DNA of 64,000 bases from Octopus vulgaris (GCA_951406725.2 OX597843.1:8804001-8868000); one strand, 5' to 3'. Counted from the first letter of the stretch, positions 46,576 to 62,332 are shown. Translations and numbers: made by a program. The notes: a model not told the origin generated them from the letters alone.

Positions 46576-46841
46576 ATTTTATCTAGTTTCAGTTCACGAG
46601 TTGTGGCCATGCTGTGGCACCGCCATTCGGTGTTGCTACATAATTTCACTTCACGAATGTTTTTTAGCAATTGCCATTTGGTGCATGAGAGAGTTCGATG
46701 CAGCTGCCCTCATCTGCGCATCCTACTGTGAAGTTGGTTCATCTGGGACACCTGACAAGAAGAGATCCGGTTTTATTTTAAAGACATATTGAAGAGCTGT
46801 GGGCCTCTGAAGCCCAGGCTATCACAGTATCTTGTCCTACA

Positions 46842-46902
<61 letters not shown>

Positions 46903-47239
46903 ATAGAAACACCATACGTATACAGATAGATAGATAGATAGATAGATAGATAACATATATACGTAAATGAAATATCTATATATCAGTCTATATATCGAGT
47001 GATCTATCGATATATATATATGTGTGTGTGTATATATGCTTTATTATCTATATATGTATGTATGTATGTGTGTGTGTTTTTATATATACATATGTATATG
47101 TATACATGCATCCGGCTTTAGCGCCTAACGTGTCATCCATGGGGCTAAGACCTTTATGGATACGAATCTATTCGTCTCCCTACGACAGAACATATACTTA
47201 ACTGCATATAATCATTAGTTCTTTCGTTTATTCTTTATT

Positions 47240-47577
47240 CTTCTACTTGTTTCAGTCATTTGACTGCGTCCATGCTGGTGCACCACCTCTGGCTAAACCA
47301 GTGAGTTGCGGTAACGTAAACACACCAACATCGGTTGTCAAACAATGGTGACGGTGGAAACAAATACAGATGCATAAATACATACACAGATATATACATA
47401 TATATATATATATACGACGGGCTTCTTTCAGTTTCCGTCTACCAAATCCACTCACAAGTCTTTGGTCGGCCCGAGGCTATAGTAGAAGACACTTGCACGA
47501 GGTGGTATGCAGTGAGACCGAACAATGAACCATGTGATTGAGAAGCAGGCTTCTTACCACACAGTCACTTCTGCGCT

Positions 47578-47674
<97 letters not shown>

Positions 47675-48483
47675 ACGGTCTTTCTTTCAGTTTCCGTCTA
47701 CCATATCCACTCACAAAGATTTAGTCGGCTCGAGGCTATAGTAGAAGACAGTTACGCAAGGAGCCACGAAGTGGGACTGAACCCGGAACCATGTGGTTGA
47801 GAAGCGTTCTTTTTACCGCGCAGTCACGCCTATATATACTCTTTACTCTTTTACTCTTTTACTCTTTTATTTGTTTCAGTCATATGACTGCGGCCATGCT
47901 GGAGCACCGCCTTTACTCGAGCAACTCGACCCCGAGACTTATTCTTTTGTAAGCCCAGTACTTATTCTATCGGTCTCTCTTGCCGAACCGCTAGGTAACG
48001 GGGACATAAACACACCAGCATAGGTTGTCAAGCAATGCTAGGGGGACAAACACAGACACACAAACATACACACGCATATATATATAACGGGAAGCTTTAT
48101 GAAAATAAACAAAAGACGAAGGCAGGTGGAGTACAAACAAACAATTGTATTAGTATGGCGCTCAGGAATAGAAATAAAACAAGTCTTTTACGTTTCGAGC
48201 CAATGCTCTTCAACGGAAAGATACACAGAAAAGAAACACGGAAAGAAACAAGGAGAGAAAAAAATGCGTGCAGAAGCTAGCGAATCAACATATATATATA
48301 TATATATATATACATACATACGACGGGCTTCTTTCAGTTTCCGTCTACCAAATCCTCTCACAAGGTTTTGGTCGGCCCGAGGCTATAGTAGAAGACACTT
48401 GCCCAAGGTGCCACGCAGTGGGACTGAACCCAGAACCATGTGATTGGTAAACAAGCTACTTACCACACAGCCACTCCTGCGCC
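47240..48483 (-). mobile_element. Cluster of group A SINEs, the last carrying a nested insertion at 48086-48290
   Basis: Copies at 47240-47577, 47672-47831 (head) and 47838-48483. Confidence 0.85.
48184..48221 (-). ncRNA. Minimal type I hammerhead ribozyme-like motif (variant core)
   Basis: Minus strand: UCUUU-CCGUUGA-A-GAGC-auug-GCUC-GAAA-CG-UA-AAAGA. Stems I and II are intact; the core deviates from CUGANGA. Confidence 0.55.
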
Positions 48484-48570
48484 TATGTATGATATATATA
48501 TTTGTGTACATATACATGTATATATTTATGTATATATATACATATATGTATGATATATTTTTCAATATGC

Positions 48571-48631
<61 letters not shown>

Positions 48632-48916
48632 ATACACATATACACCTACGCACCCACCCACTACACCAAAACGCATACTCGTTCACATCCTAAATTTTCG
48701 CTTAATAATCATTAATAAACTCTTCGTTATTTTTTTCATTTAGTTATTCATTTCTCTTTTAATTATAATATTTTTGTTTTTATTTGCATGAGAGGGAGAA
48801 CATTCTGAGTGGTCCCCTATTTTTATCTCAACATTAATTTACCAAACACCCTCCATTCCTACCTACCTACAACCCCAGTCATGTGTGTGTATGTGTGTAT
48901 ATATATGCATATATAC

Positions 48917-49014
<98 letters not shown>

Positions 49015-49049
49015 ATATATATATACATAAATATATACACATATCTATG

Positions 49050-49141
<92 letters not shown>

Positions 49142-49541
49142 TATATACACAAATCTATGCTTATATTTATACATATATATAGATCGATATATATATACAT
49201 ATGTAGATGAACATATGTATGTACATATATACATATATATATATATATACATATACATACAACTATATATATATATATGTATGTATATATATAATGTTAT
49301 ATTGCATATTATTATACACAGGCATAGGTTTACTGCAGCCAGTTTCCCCACCCCGTGCCTAGCCTTCCAGATTCGCCTCTCCACTCCGTGGCCGCAACAG
49401 ATTAACCGAAGATTAGCCTTGCAGTAATTACTGGCATTGTCTAGAGGAATTGGTGCCAAACTTCCCATGTCTTACCGTCTCGTGCCATTCCACACTGAAC
49501 AGAAATAGACAGGTGTATCATGAGGATAAAAAACACGTATA

Positions 49542-49575
<34 letters not shown>

Positions 49576-49680
49576 TATATGTGTGTATATGTGTGTCTGT
49601 GTGTCTGCGTGTCTAAAAATTAGATTTCGGATAAAACAAGAGTGAATCCATTTACACACACGCACACATATATGCATATA

Positions 49681-49737
<57 letters not shown>

Positions 49738-49809
49738 GTATATATATGTATGTATGTATGTATGTATATATATATATATATATGTATGAATGTATATATA
49801 TATATTTAT

Positions 49810-49971
49810 ACGACGGGCTTCTTTCAGTTTCCGTCTACCAATTCCACTCACAAGGCTTTGGTCGGCCCGAGGCTATAGAAGTCACTTGCCCAAAGTGGCA
49901 CGCAGTGGGACTGAACCCAGAACCATGTGGTTGGTAAGCAAGCTACTTACCATACAGCCACTCCTGCGCCT
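49810..49971 (-). mobile_element. Group A SINE head
   Basis: Matches 5160-5321. Confidence 0.85.
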
Positions 49972-50244
49972 ATCATATATATGAGGACCGCCTTTCATCA
50001 AACAATTCGATCCTAGGACTAATACTTTGTAGCCCTAATACTTATCCAATACCCCACCCCATTCCCCACCTTCCAGATTCGCCTCTCCACTCCGTGGCGG
50101 CAGCAGACTGACCGAAGTCTACTCTTGCAGTAATTACTAGCATTGTCTACAGGAATAATCCTACCGGTTTCTTTTGTGGAGGGGGACAAACACAGGCACA
50201 CAAACATATACATACACACACTCATATATAAATATATATATATG

Positions 50245-50320
<76 letters not shown>

Positions 50321-50597
50321 AAATTTGTTTGTTGTTATCAGTCGTAAGACACTGTTTTTTCACGTTAATGCTTCTGTATTTCATGTTTCTGTATTCCATT
50401 ATTGTTTTTTGTTTTTTATATCTGTCCTTTGCTGTCCTGGTGTTCGTATGCATTCGATCCTTCTTCCAGAAATCTACGCTTCAGATGGTTCGGTGTCTGA
50501 CTGAAGTATTGAAGGCTTCTACGATGATTTCTTGTCTGTGAATTCCGTGTTCGTCCCTTCCTGTGTTTCACGTTCATTATATATAAAAACATTCATT

Positions 50598-50675
<78 letters not shown>

Positions 50676-51259
50676 CATATAATAACTATTTGAGGGAATA
50701 TTAATCCAAACTTACAGGGAAAAAAATTCAATTTAGAAATACTAAATCAAATTTCACACGTATATGATTTACCAATAATATACGTTTTTATTTTGAATTG
50801 ATAAAAGGTGGGATTTTTTTTCATCTTATATATATGTATATATAAAAAAAAGATACCTTTTATCAATTCGAAATGAATACAAATTATATACGTTTTCATC
50901 ATTATTTTTTTTTTGCAATTTACTTAATCATTGACATTTTATTGTTATTTTAATTTTGATATTTCTATTATATGTAATTTTCTAGATGGTGTAATTTAAT
51001 TGTTCATTTTGAATTGAGAGAGCAGACAGAAAGAAGAGCTGTCTGATTATCACAAACAGGAAACCCTGAGAAGCACTGTGAATGTATTTCGTTTCAAGAA
51101 AGCTTTCTACTTAGATCTACATACCGTATTCGAGTACTATGTACTTCGTCCCATTTAGTACCTGCCTGCTTGTGGGTATGTATGTGTGTGTAGATAGATA
51201 GATAGATACATATATACATACATACATACAAACATACAAACATATATATATATACAAAT

Positions 51260-51470
51260 AAAATGTGACCGCGTGTGTACCGTTGGCGATTCTTTTCCTC
51301 TGTCTTCCTTTACTTGGATCTTTCCCTTCTCTATGTTTCTGACGAAGAGCTCCGCTCGAAACGTTAAACCCTCCTTCTTCCCTTCTTTCCTGAGCGTCCA
51401 ATAACACTATAGTTGTTCCACGTCTTCACGTTGTTTTGTTTTCTCTTTGTGTTTTCATGTTTGAATTAAC
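51260..51470 (+). mobile_element. Short hammerhead-bearing element in (TA)n (Penelope-like terminal repeat remnant)
   Basis: Homologous to 62484-62672 (-), 41636-41726 (-, partial) and 28876-28915 (+, partial). No ORF. Confidence 0.65.
51335..51369 (+). ncRNA. Minimal type I hammerhead ribozyme
   Basis: GUUU-CUGACGA-A-GAGC-ucc-GCUC-GAAA-CG-UU-AAAC: intact CUGANGA and GAAA boxes, 4-bp stems I and II, and palindromic AACGUU in place of stem III. Confidence 0.75.
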
Positions 51471-51472
51471 TT

Positions 51473-51547
<75 letters not shown>

Positions 51548-51621
51548 AATATGTATATGTATATGTATATATATTTATATATATATATATAGTAATGTAT
51601 ATATATCTATGTGCATATGAG

Positions 51622-51699
<78 letters not shown>

Positions 51700-51779
51700 T
51701 AATGTATTATACTAATACTTCTGTTTGTTTTGTACACCACCTGTCTTCGTCTTTTGATTTGATTTTTTTCGTAAGCTCT

Positions 51780-51824
<45 letters not shown>

Positions 51825-52058
51825 CTTATATATATGATACATGCATGCATACATATGTGCATTATGCGTATGGATGTGTGTGTGTGGGTGTGTGTGCGTA
51901 TCCTTGAGCCTATGTTTATGGTTACCGCAATAAAACCAGTGTTGCGCTCAAAAGTGCAACTTAGCAGTTCAATTAGTGCTCATATTCATAAACACCCACA
52001 CTCTCTCTCACACATACACACTCACACACGCATATACATATATACATAAATAAATATT

Positions 52059-52158
<100 letters not shown>

Positions 52159-52180
52159 GGCATGTGTGTATTATGTATAT

Positions 52181-52212
<32 letters not shown>

Positions 52213-52301
52213 GATATGATATGTATATAAATTTATTTGCATATATATATATATATTCATATATTTATATATATATGTGTGTGTGTGTATATATATATAT
52301 A

Positions 52302-52366
<65 letters not shown>

Positions 52367-52459
52367 ATATAAACAAACACACATATACACTTACCATATC
52401 GAAGCATATACCAAGGGTCGATATGACCGACGATTATTATTATTGTATTATTATTGTTG

Positions 52460-52544
<85 letters not shown>

Positions 52545-52765
52545 CATTATTGTATTTTTCAAGAAATTCGTTTGAAGATGCTGCCCCAGCGTGGCCGATG
52601 TCCAAAGACTGAAAAACCTGTAAACTAAAACAAAAATATTCCATAATTATTGGGTATTCCTACTGCTTGCCAAAACCAATTTTCTGATATCGATCTACCA
52701 GATGAGCGCCAAAAACAAAGAACATTAAAAAATTAATAACAGAAGCTAAAACGCAACATTTATAA

Positions 52766-52803
<38 letters not shown>

Positions 52804-53339
52804 GTGCGTGTGTGTGAGTGTGTGTGTTTGTGTGCGTGTGTGTGTGTGTGTGAGTGCGTGTGTGTGTGTCTGTGTGTGTGTGGATGTGTGTGTATTTGTA
52901 TGTATGTATATTGGTTACAAATGTTGGCAGAAAGCCAGCAATTTGAGGGGAGAGATAAGTTGATTACAGTTACCCCAGTGTATGACTGGTGCTTATGATG
53001 CCGTCGCCACATCAATGAAAGTCAAAGTCGGCCTCGGCGGAACTTGAACCCAGAACGTCGAGACGAACAATACCGCAGATTTGCTTGTCAGTTGCTTGAA
53101 CTTAACCACTTGAGAATGCGCCTTAATGGCCGAGAATATGTGCATCTCTGATCATGAGCAGGAATAGTTTGGGGAGTAGCATAGCTATGAGTTGTGAGGG
53201 ATTCTTTGGGATTTGAATAAATGTAACAAAAGCTAATTTTGAAGGAAATATTAGCCATTTTTCATTCTTTCTAGGATAAGCAAATAAGAAAAAACAGTTG
53301 CAACCCAAGGACAAATATTATGCTAGCCAATGAAATAAG

Positions 53340-53505
53340 AGGAGTGGCTGTGTGATAAGTAGCTTGCTAACCAACCACATGGTTCCAGGTTCAGTCCCAC
53401 TGCGTGGCATCTTGGGCAAGTGTCTTCTGCTATAGCCTCGGGCCGACCAAAGCCTTGTCAGTGGATTTGGTAGACGGAAACTGAAAGAAGCCTGTCGTAT
53501 ATATG

Positions 53506-53542
<37 letters not shown>

Positions 53543-53768
53543 TTGTGTGTTTGTGTGTGTGTGTTTGTCCCCCTAGCATTGCTTGACAACCGATGCTGGT
53601 GTGTTTATGTCCCCCGTTACTTAGCGGTTCGGCAAAAGAGACCGATAGAATAAGTACTGGGCTTACAAAAAGAATAAGTCCCGTGGTCGAGTTGCTCGAT
53701 TAAAGGCGGTGCTCCAGCATGGCCGCAGTCCAAATGACTGAAACAAGTAAAAGAGTAAAAGAGAGAGT
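53340..53768 (+). mobile_element. Group A SINE, full length
   Basis: As 32415-32858. Confidence 0.9.
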
Positions 53769-53834
53769 AAGAGCTCCGAGGTAGACATTCTTTTACGTTT
53801 GCGCTAATTTCATCGTTTATTGTCGATGTGTGTA

Positions 53835-53875
<41 letters not shown>

Positions 53876-54094
53876 CAGGCATGCAAGATGCCTGGGAAGG
53901 AAAAATCAACGGGTAAGGACTCGCAGAGAATCAATTTGGAAGCGTTCTTCCACCCTACTCAACACTAGGAGTTCGTACTTTTTCTTGCTTTATTGCTATT
54001 CACACTTATGTGAACTCGTGATTACCTCCCCTTTTCTTCCAGGCCTACTTCCACGGGTGTATGAATGTGTATGTGTCATATACATATACATATA

Positions 54095-54182
<88 letters not shown>

Positions 54183-54212
54183 AGAGAGAGAGAGAGAAAT
54201 ACATACATAGAC

Positions 54213-54255
<43 letters not shown>

Positions 54256-54407
54256 CAGATATCGATATATATAAATGTATATGTATATGTGTGTATTTGT
54301 GCGTTTGTGTATATGTATATGTGTGTATCTGTGTGCATATACGTATATATATATACATATATATATATAAAATCCTTAAATCCTAAAAAGTGTTTTAGCC
54401 CGATATC

Positions 54408-54457
<50 letters not shown>

Positions 54458-54612
54458 TATATGTAGGTATGAATGTATATATGCATCTAGTTATATGCCT
54501 ACATGAATGTATGCGTATCTGTATGCATGCATGCATACATTCACGTAGGTATGAGTGCATTAATGTATATACGATGTTAGTACGTATAATAGACGGACAG
54601 ACAGACAGATAG

Positions 54613-54710
<98 letters not shown>

Positions 54711-54809
54711 GCACTTCTATCTAGAGGGAGGAAGACAGTGAAACATAGAGAGAAAGAGGTTAAATCGATCAACGGATAGATAGAAAAAGAGCAAGATCGA
54801 TGGATGCTG

Positions 54810-55070
54810 CTATGAATTGATGGTATTGACAGTTCGACATCTCAAATCAAACAGCCGTAATGGTTTGACCCAGAATGCATAAATTTTCCTGATGGATTTG
54901 ACAACGTGATGAAAAGGCAAAGTCGATCGCTGATTGGCCAGATTCAGAGCTTGGTGTCAAAAGCGCGCTGAAGAGTGAACCGCAGTCAGGTCTGCGTTAA
55001 AAGGCACCGGAAATGCTCTTCCAGAGCAAGAAGGGATGCTGGTTCGTTACTATATTAACCTTCCGCAAAC
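54810..55070. promoter_or_regulatory. Unique island with TALE/Hox-like, CCAAT and ETS-like motifs
   Basis: TGACAG near 54827, TGATGGAT at 54890-54897, CTGATTGGCC at 54930-54939, TGTCA near 54956 and CCGGAAAT near 55008. Confidence 0.35.
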
Positions 55071-55122
55071 ACTACTAATTGTACATGGTAATTATGAGTG
55101 TGTGTGTGTGTATGTGTGTGTG

Positions 55123-55172
<50 letters not shown>

Positions 55173-55638
55173 TGTTAATGTGTGTGTGTGTGAGGGTGGT
55201 GGTGAGTGAATGTGTGTGTGTGTATGTGTGTGTGTCTATGTGCTGTGTGTGTGTCTGTGTGTGTCTATGTGCTGTGTGTGTGTCTGTGTGTGTCTATGTG
55301 TATGTGTGTGAGTATGGATGTGTGTAGGTGTGCGTGAGGTCGTATCTGAATGTACGAATAGGTTTGTATGTGGATGTCTTTAAATATATATATATATATA
55401 TATAAATATCATATGGATAGATAGGTAGTTAGCTTGGTTGGTATGTAGAAAGACACAGAGAGAGAGAGAGAGAGAGAGAGGAAAGATAAGTAGGCAGGTA
55501 TGTAGGTAGGTAGGTAGGTAGGTAGGTTGGTAGGCAGATAGATAGATAGATGGATAGATAGATAGATAGACATATATATATATATACACATATATATATA
55601 TGTATATATATTATATTTATATATATATATATATATAT

Positions 55639-55680
<42 letters not shown>

Positions 55681-55889
55681 CATATATATATATACATATG
55701 TATATATATATATGCATATATTAAATATACACACACATATTTATTTATGTATTAAGAACAACCACTGACATCGTTACATATATGTATATATATGAATGTT
55801 TGTATATATATATATGTGTGTGTGTGTGTGTTTGTGTGTGTATGCATAATTGGATCCATACAGAAATACATACATACACTCATAGGACT

Positions 55890-55969
<80 letters not shown>

Positions 55970-56077
55970 TACATGTAAGTACATGCGTATATACATACGT
56001 ATATAGATACATACATGTATACATACCTATACACATAAACATATATACACACCAACATTCATACGCATATATATATA

Positions 56078-56232
56078 ATCTTTATTGCCCACAAGGGGCT
56101 AAACACAGAGGGGACAAACAAGAACAGACAATGGGATTAAGTCGATTAAATCGACCCCAGTGCGTATTTGGTACTTTATTTATCGACCCCGAAATGATGA
56201 AAGGCTCCGGCGGAATTTGAACTCAGAACGTC
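56078..56232 (-). mobile_element. Group C SINE fragment with Tx1-type tail
   Basis: Reverse complement of TGTTTGTCCCCTCTGTGTTTAGCCCCTTGTGGGCAATAAAGA plus body. Confidence 0.8.
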
Positions 56233-56909
56233 GATGGTGTTCGATGTTTATGCCAAAGTGTTCAGGCTCCAAGTGAAATGATAGCGAGACTGCTGCCTCG
56301 ATGACGTCTTAGACTGAAACTTGTGTTCGCAGCTGACCTCATCTCAATTTTGGGAAGATATTTAAGTCTCCAGATTATCTCCCCTTTCTTCTATGTCTGG
56401 TATCAATCGTTTCAAGTGTTTTTATCAAACTAATCAACTCCCCTGTTTATTCTTTTTGGGTTTTTTTTAATCAGATACTCAATCTATCAGTCTGTTTCGC
56501 CGAACCCGTAGGTCTCTGGGACGTAGCAACCCCACACCAGAAGTCAAATAGTGCGACTGTCACGCAAAGACACACACACACACACACGCACACACACACA
56601 CACACACATACATATACATATATGTAAATATTTATAAGTTTGTATGTATATATATAAAGTGTGAGAGAGATAGAGAGAGACCAGAAAAAAATTATAGAAA
56701 ATATCAGCGCAATTTATACCACATGTGCACCGTTTGTTTTCTGATAAGATAAAGAACTAAAATCCGAAACATTAACGGCTACTTCCCTTTCCTTTCAAGT
56801 GTCAAACTAACAAAATATTTCTTAAAAGTTGTCTCTGTTGTGTGCGTTTTTTCACTCATTCATCAAATATACATACATGATATACATATATATAATAATA
56901 ATAATAATA

Positions 56910-57105
56910 ATATTAGGGAGTATGGCTCCAAACTTACAGGAAAAAAATTAGATTTAGTATTAAATCAAATTTCACTGTATAAATATATAAAATATGAATT
57001 AGAGATAAAACCACTATTAGGCAACTCAAACATTGTAATATTTATGTGTTGGTTTATGTATATCACTGTTTGAGTTGCCTAATAGCGGTTTTATCTCATT
57101 CATAT

Positions 57106-57110
<5 letters not shown>
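56910..57110. repeat. Fold-back remnant in (TA)n
   Basis: GAGATAAAACCACTATTAGGCAACTCAAACA versus TGTTTGAGTTGCCTAATAGCGGTTTTATCTC. Leader TCCAAACTTACAGG.AAAAA is shared with 27660-27710 and 50692-50755. Confidence 0.8.
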
Positions 57111-57163
<53 letters not shown>

Positions 57164-57609
57164 CGTGTATACATATACATACATACACATACACTTAAAC
57201 GTGGTTTTGGTCGTTTTGACTGCTTCTTCTAGCATGTAAAATTACCTGTTAAAGGGTAGTTTTCTTTTGTGATTAAATGTACACTATTTCATATTGAGAA
57301 TATGTTGTCTCTTGATTTTTTATACATGCTAGGCCACTGGTAGTGAACTTTCTAAACAATATTCGCTACCCTAAATATTTTACGAATATGATTTTATCAT
57401 TTCGAAGATCAGTTCAGTATTCCTTTGATTTTATACCGACTGAAACTGCGCTTGCGCGGCGAATTTGAAAAGTTAAGGTATATAAATGATGAGACAGATG
57501 TTATTCCGTCTCTGCGATTAGATCCCACACTTTTTGTGTTGTACTCTTCTGTGCAGTCTCCAATCTTTTACATAAACCCTCAGTGGTGAATAAACAAAAG
57601 ATGATGATG

Positions 57610-57671
<62 letters not shown>

Positions 57672-58031
57672 CTTTTTTTTTCCTCTTCTTTCCAAATTTA
57701 CTTCCATTTCTTGCCGAGTGTCTTCCCGACTCCTAGGGCAAAGAAACTCATAGTATACATTGGTAGACCATTAAACTAAACTCACTAGTTCGTTAATTTT
57801 TTTTTTTTTTAATTAAATTAAAATACATGAGTAGTAATGGCAGTGAGGATAATAATCATGATGATGATGATGATGACGAATAAGAATGGAAAATTGAGTC
57901 TCGAGTTGATGAGCAGCGCACGAAGGCGAATGAGAAAGAGGAGAGGAAGGAGGAGAAGGAGGGGGAGAAGAAGAAGAAGGAGGAGGAGGAGAAGGAGAAG
58001 AAGAAGAAGAAGAAGAAGAAGAAGATGATGG

Positions 58032-58089
<58 letters not shown>

Positions 58090-58138
58090 GGTGATGATGA
58101 TGGTGGTGATGATGGTGATGATGATGATGGTGATGATG

Positions 58139-58170
<32 letters not shown>

Positions 58171-58436
58171 GATGATGGAAGAAGAAGAAGAAGAAGAAGA
58201 AAAAGAAAAAGAAAGAGAATAAGAGAAAGAAAACGAAAAGGAAGAAGAAGAAGAAGAAGAAGAAGAAGGAGGAGGAGGAGGAGGAGAAGGAGAAGGAGAA
58301 AAGGAACGACGCAGTAGAGACAATAGCAAAAACAGAACTGCGAGAACCTATATGTATGTGTACATGTATGTATACATGCATGCATGTGCATGTGATAGTG
58401 TGTGTGTGTGTGTGTGAACTTGTGTGTGTTTGAATG

Positions 58437-58469
<33 letters not shown>

Positions 58470-58569
58470 TTCCTCTTTCACTTTTTTTTTCTTCTTCCTT
58501 CTCTTTTCTTCACAGGCGCCGGAAAAGAGTCGGAAAGTAAAACGTGAAAAGAAAAGCGACAGAGAGAGC

Positions 58570-58623
<54 letters not shown>

Positions 58624-59164
58624 ACACAACAGATACATCCACACAGAGAAGACAACCAACCAACATACAAACAACTACAACTACAGCAGCAACTACAACA
58701 ACAACAACAACACTACAATGCAATAAAATGGATGAGAAATATTTGATATCTTATTTTCTTCATTGTTCCTTCAAATATTTTCTTTCTTTCCTTCTATTTC
58801 TCCCGCTTTCTCCACTTTTATTTTCTTTCATTAAGTCTTACGTCTCGTCGATTTGTCTTTTCAGCGTTGTTTGCTGTTAACGCCATTATTGCTGTTGTTG
58901 TTGTTTCTCTTCTTATTCTGTTTGTTTACATTATTGTTCTGTTTTATATATATTTTTTAAGGTGTTTTTTCCCTTTATTTATATTTATTAAATCTTTCGC
59001 CTCGCATTCTTCTCTTTTTCCTTTGTTGTTGTTGTTGTTGTTGCTCTTTCTCTCCAGCTTTTTTTTTTTTTTTTCATTTTTTTCTTTGCCTTTCAATTTT
59101 TCAATTTCAATTTGTTATGTTCCACGGTTTTGATTTCTTTGTCTGAGACTCTACCTATATCGTT

Positions 59165-60012
<848 letters not shown>

Positions 60013-60549
60013 GAATTTATCAATTTATTTTTCTCTCTGCACCTCTCTATCTACCTATCTAGGTAGCTAGATGTCTGAATATCTGCCTGCAAATTTATAA
60101 TACCAGCTTATCTGTCAGTGCATCCCCTATCTGTAAACTTGTTTGTACCTAAATGCCAGATTATTTATCTATCTATCTACCTATGTATCGATCGATTTAG
60201 CTATTTATGTATGTATGTATATATATATATATATATATATATCCATGAATTTATCTACCTATCGATCAATCTATCTATCTATTTGTATGCTATGTATGTA
60301 TGTATGTATGTATGTATGTATGTATATATGTATGTATGTATGTATGTATGTAGTAGGACTGACAAGTATGTAGAACATAGAGAAAATAGCACTACTAGGC
60401 ACCGCTTACATCCAACGCAAAACGTTTTCAATACAGTAAAAATGAGATTATCACAACAAAATTCAGCACATACCCAAGTCACACAGAGCTGCGATCGGTA
60501 GAGCAGTGAAAGTACGTGATAAAAATAAGACTACAGAATAATAATAATG

Positions 60550-61598
<1,049 letters not shown>

Positions 61599-61667
61599 AA
61601 GAAGAAAAGAAGAAGAAGAAGAAGAAGAAGAAGAAGAAGAAGAAGAAGAAAAATAATAATAATAATG

Positions 61668-61775
61668 TTCGCAGGAAGAGAAGCTGAAAAGGGAGACAGT
61701 TTGTTAGTAGCAGTATAAGATCAAGCATTAAGGACTAATTGGATGAAAGCCAACATAGACAAAAACCAAGTAGAT
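61668..61775 (+). mobile_element. Decayed R4-clade internal fragment after (AAT)n
   Basis: Reads KLKRET / LVAV*DQALRTNWMKANIDK, resembling the ETE..I.AAQDQAL.T motif downstream of RT in R4 elements. Confidence 0.5.
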
Positions 61776-62155
61776 TATTATTCGGACACTTCAGAGGAAA
61801 GGTAAAAGGTCTCGACGTTTCGGACGCACGCCCTTCCATGGCGAAACGGAAAAGTAGGAACGATTATAGGATAAAAGAAAAATGAAAAAGTTTTAGGAAC
61901 CAGATGAGAATACATGCACACATACACGCACACACACACACACAAACATATATATGGTAAAGACTCTCTTCGGTCACGAATGACCAAGCGATTGCACCTA
62001 GAATGTTCCCCTCCGACGAACGAGTCTTGGCTAGTTTGCTTATGGAAGACAAGCAGTCGCCCATGCATACCAGCCTTGCCTCTCCATGCCACTGATGTTA
62101 TCCAAGGGAAAGGCAAAGGGGCCGATACAGCTTGCCACGAGTATGTGTGTGAGTT

Positions 62156-62259
<104 letters not shown>

Positions 62260-62280
62260 TAGATTGATAGGTAAATAGAT

Positions 62281-62332
<52 letters not shown>

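Noticed and set aside
56296-56325. CGATGA-c-GTC-tta-GAC-t-GAAAC hammerhead-like string
   Set aside because: Only a 3-bp stem, no stem I and no family support in the window.
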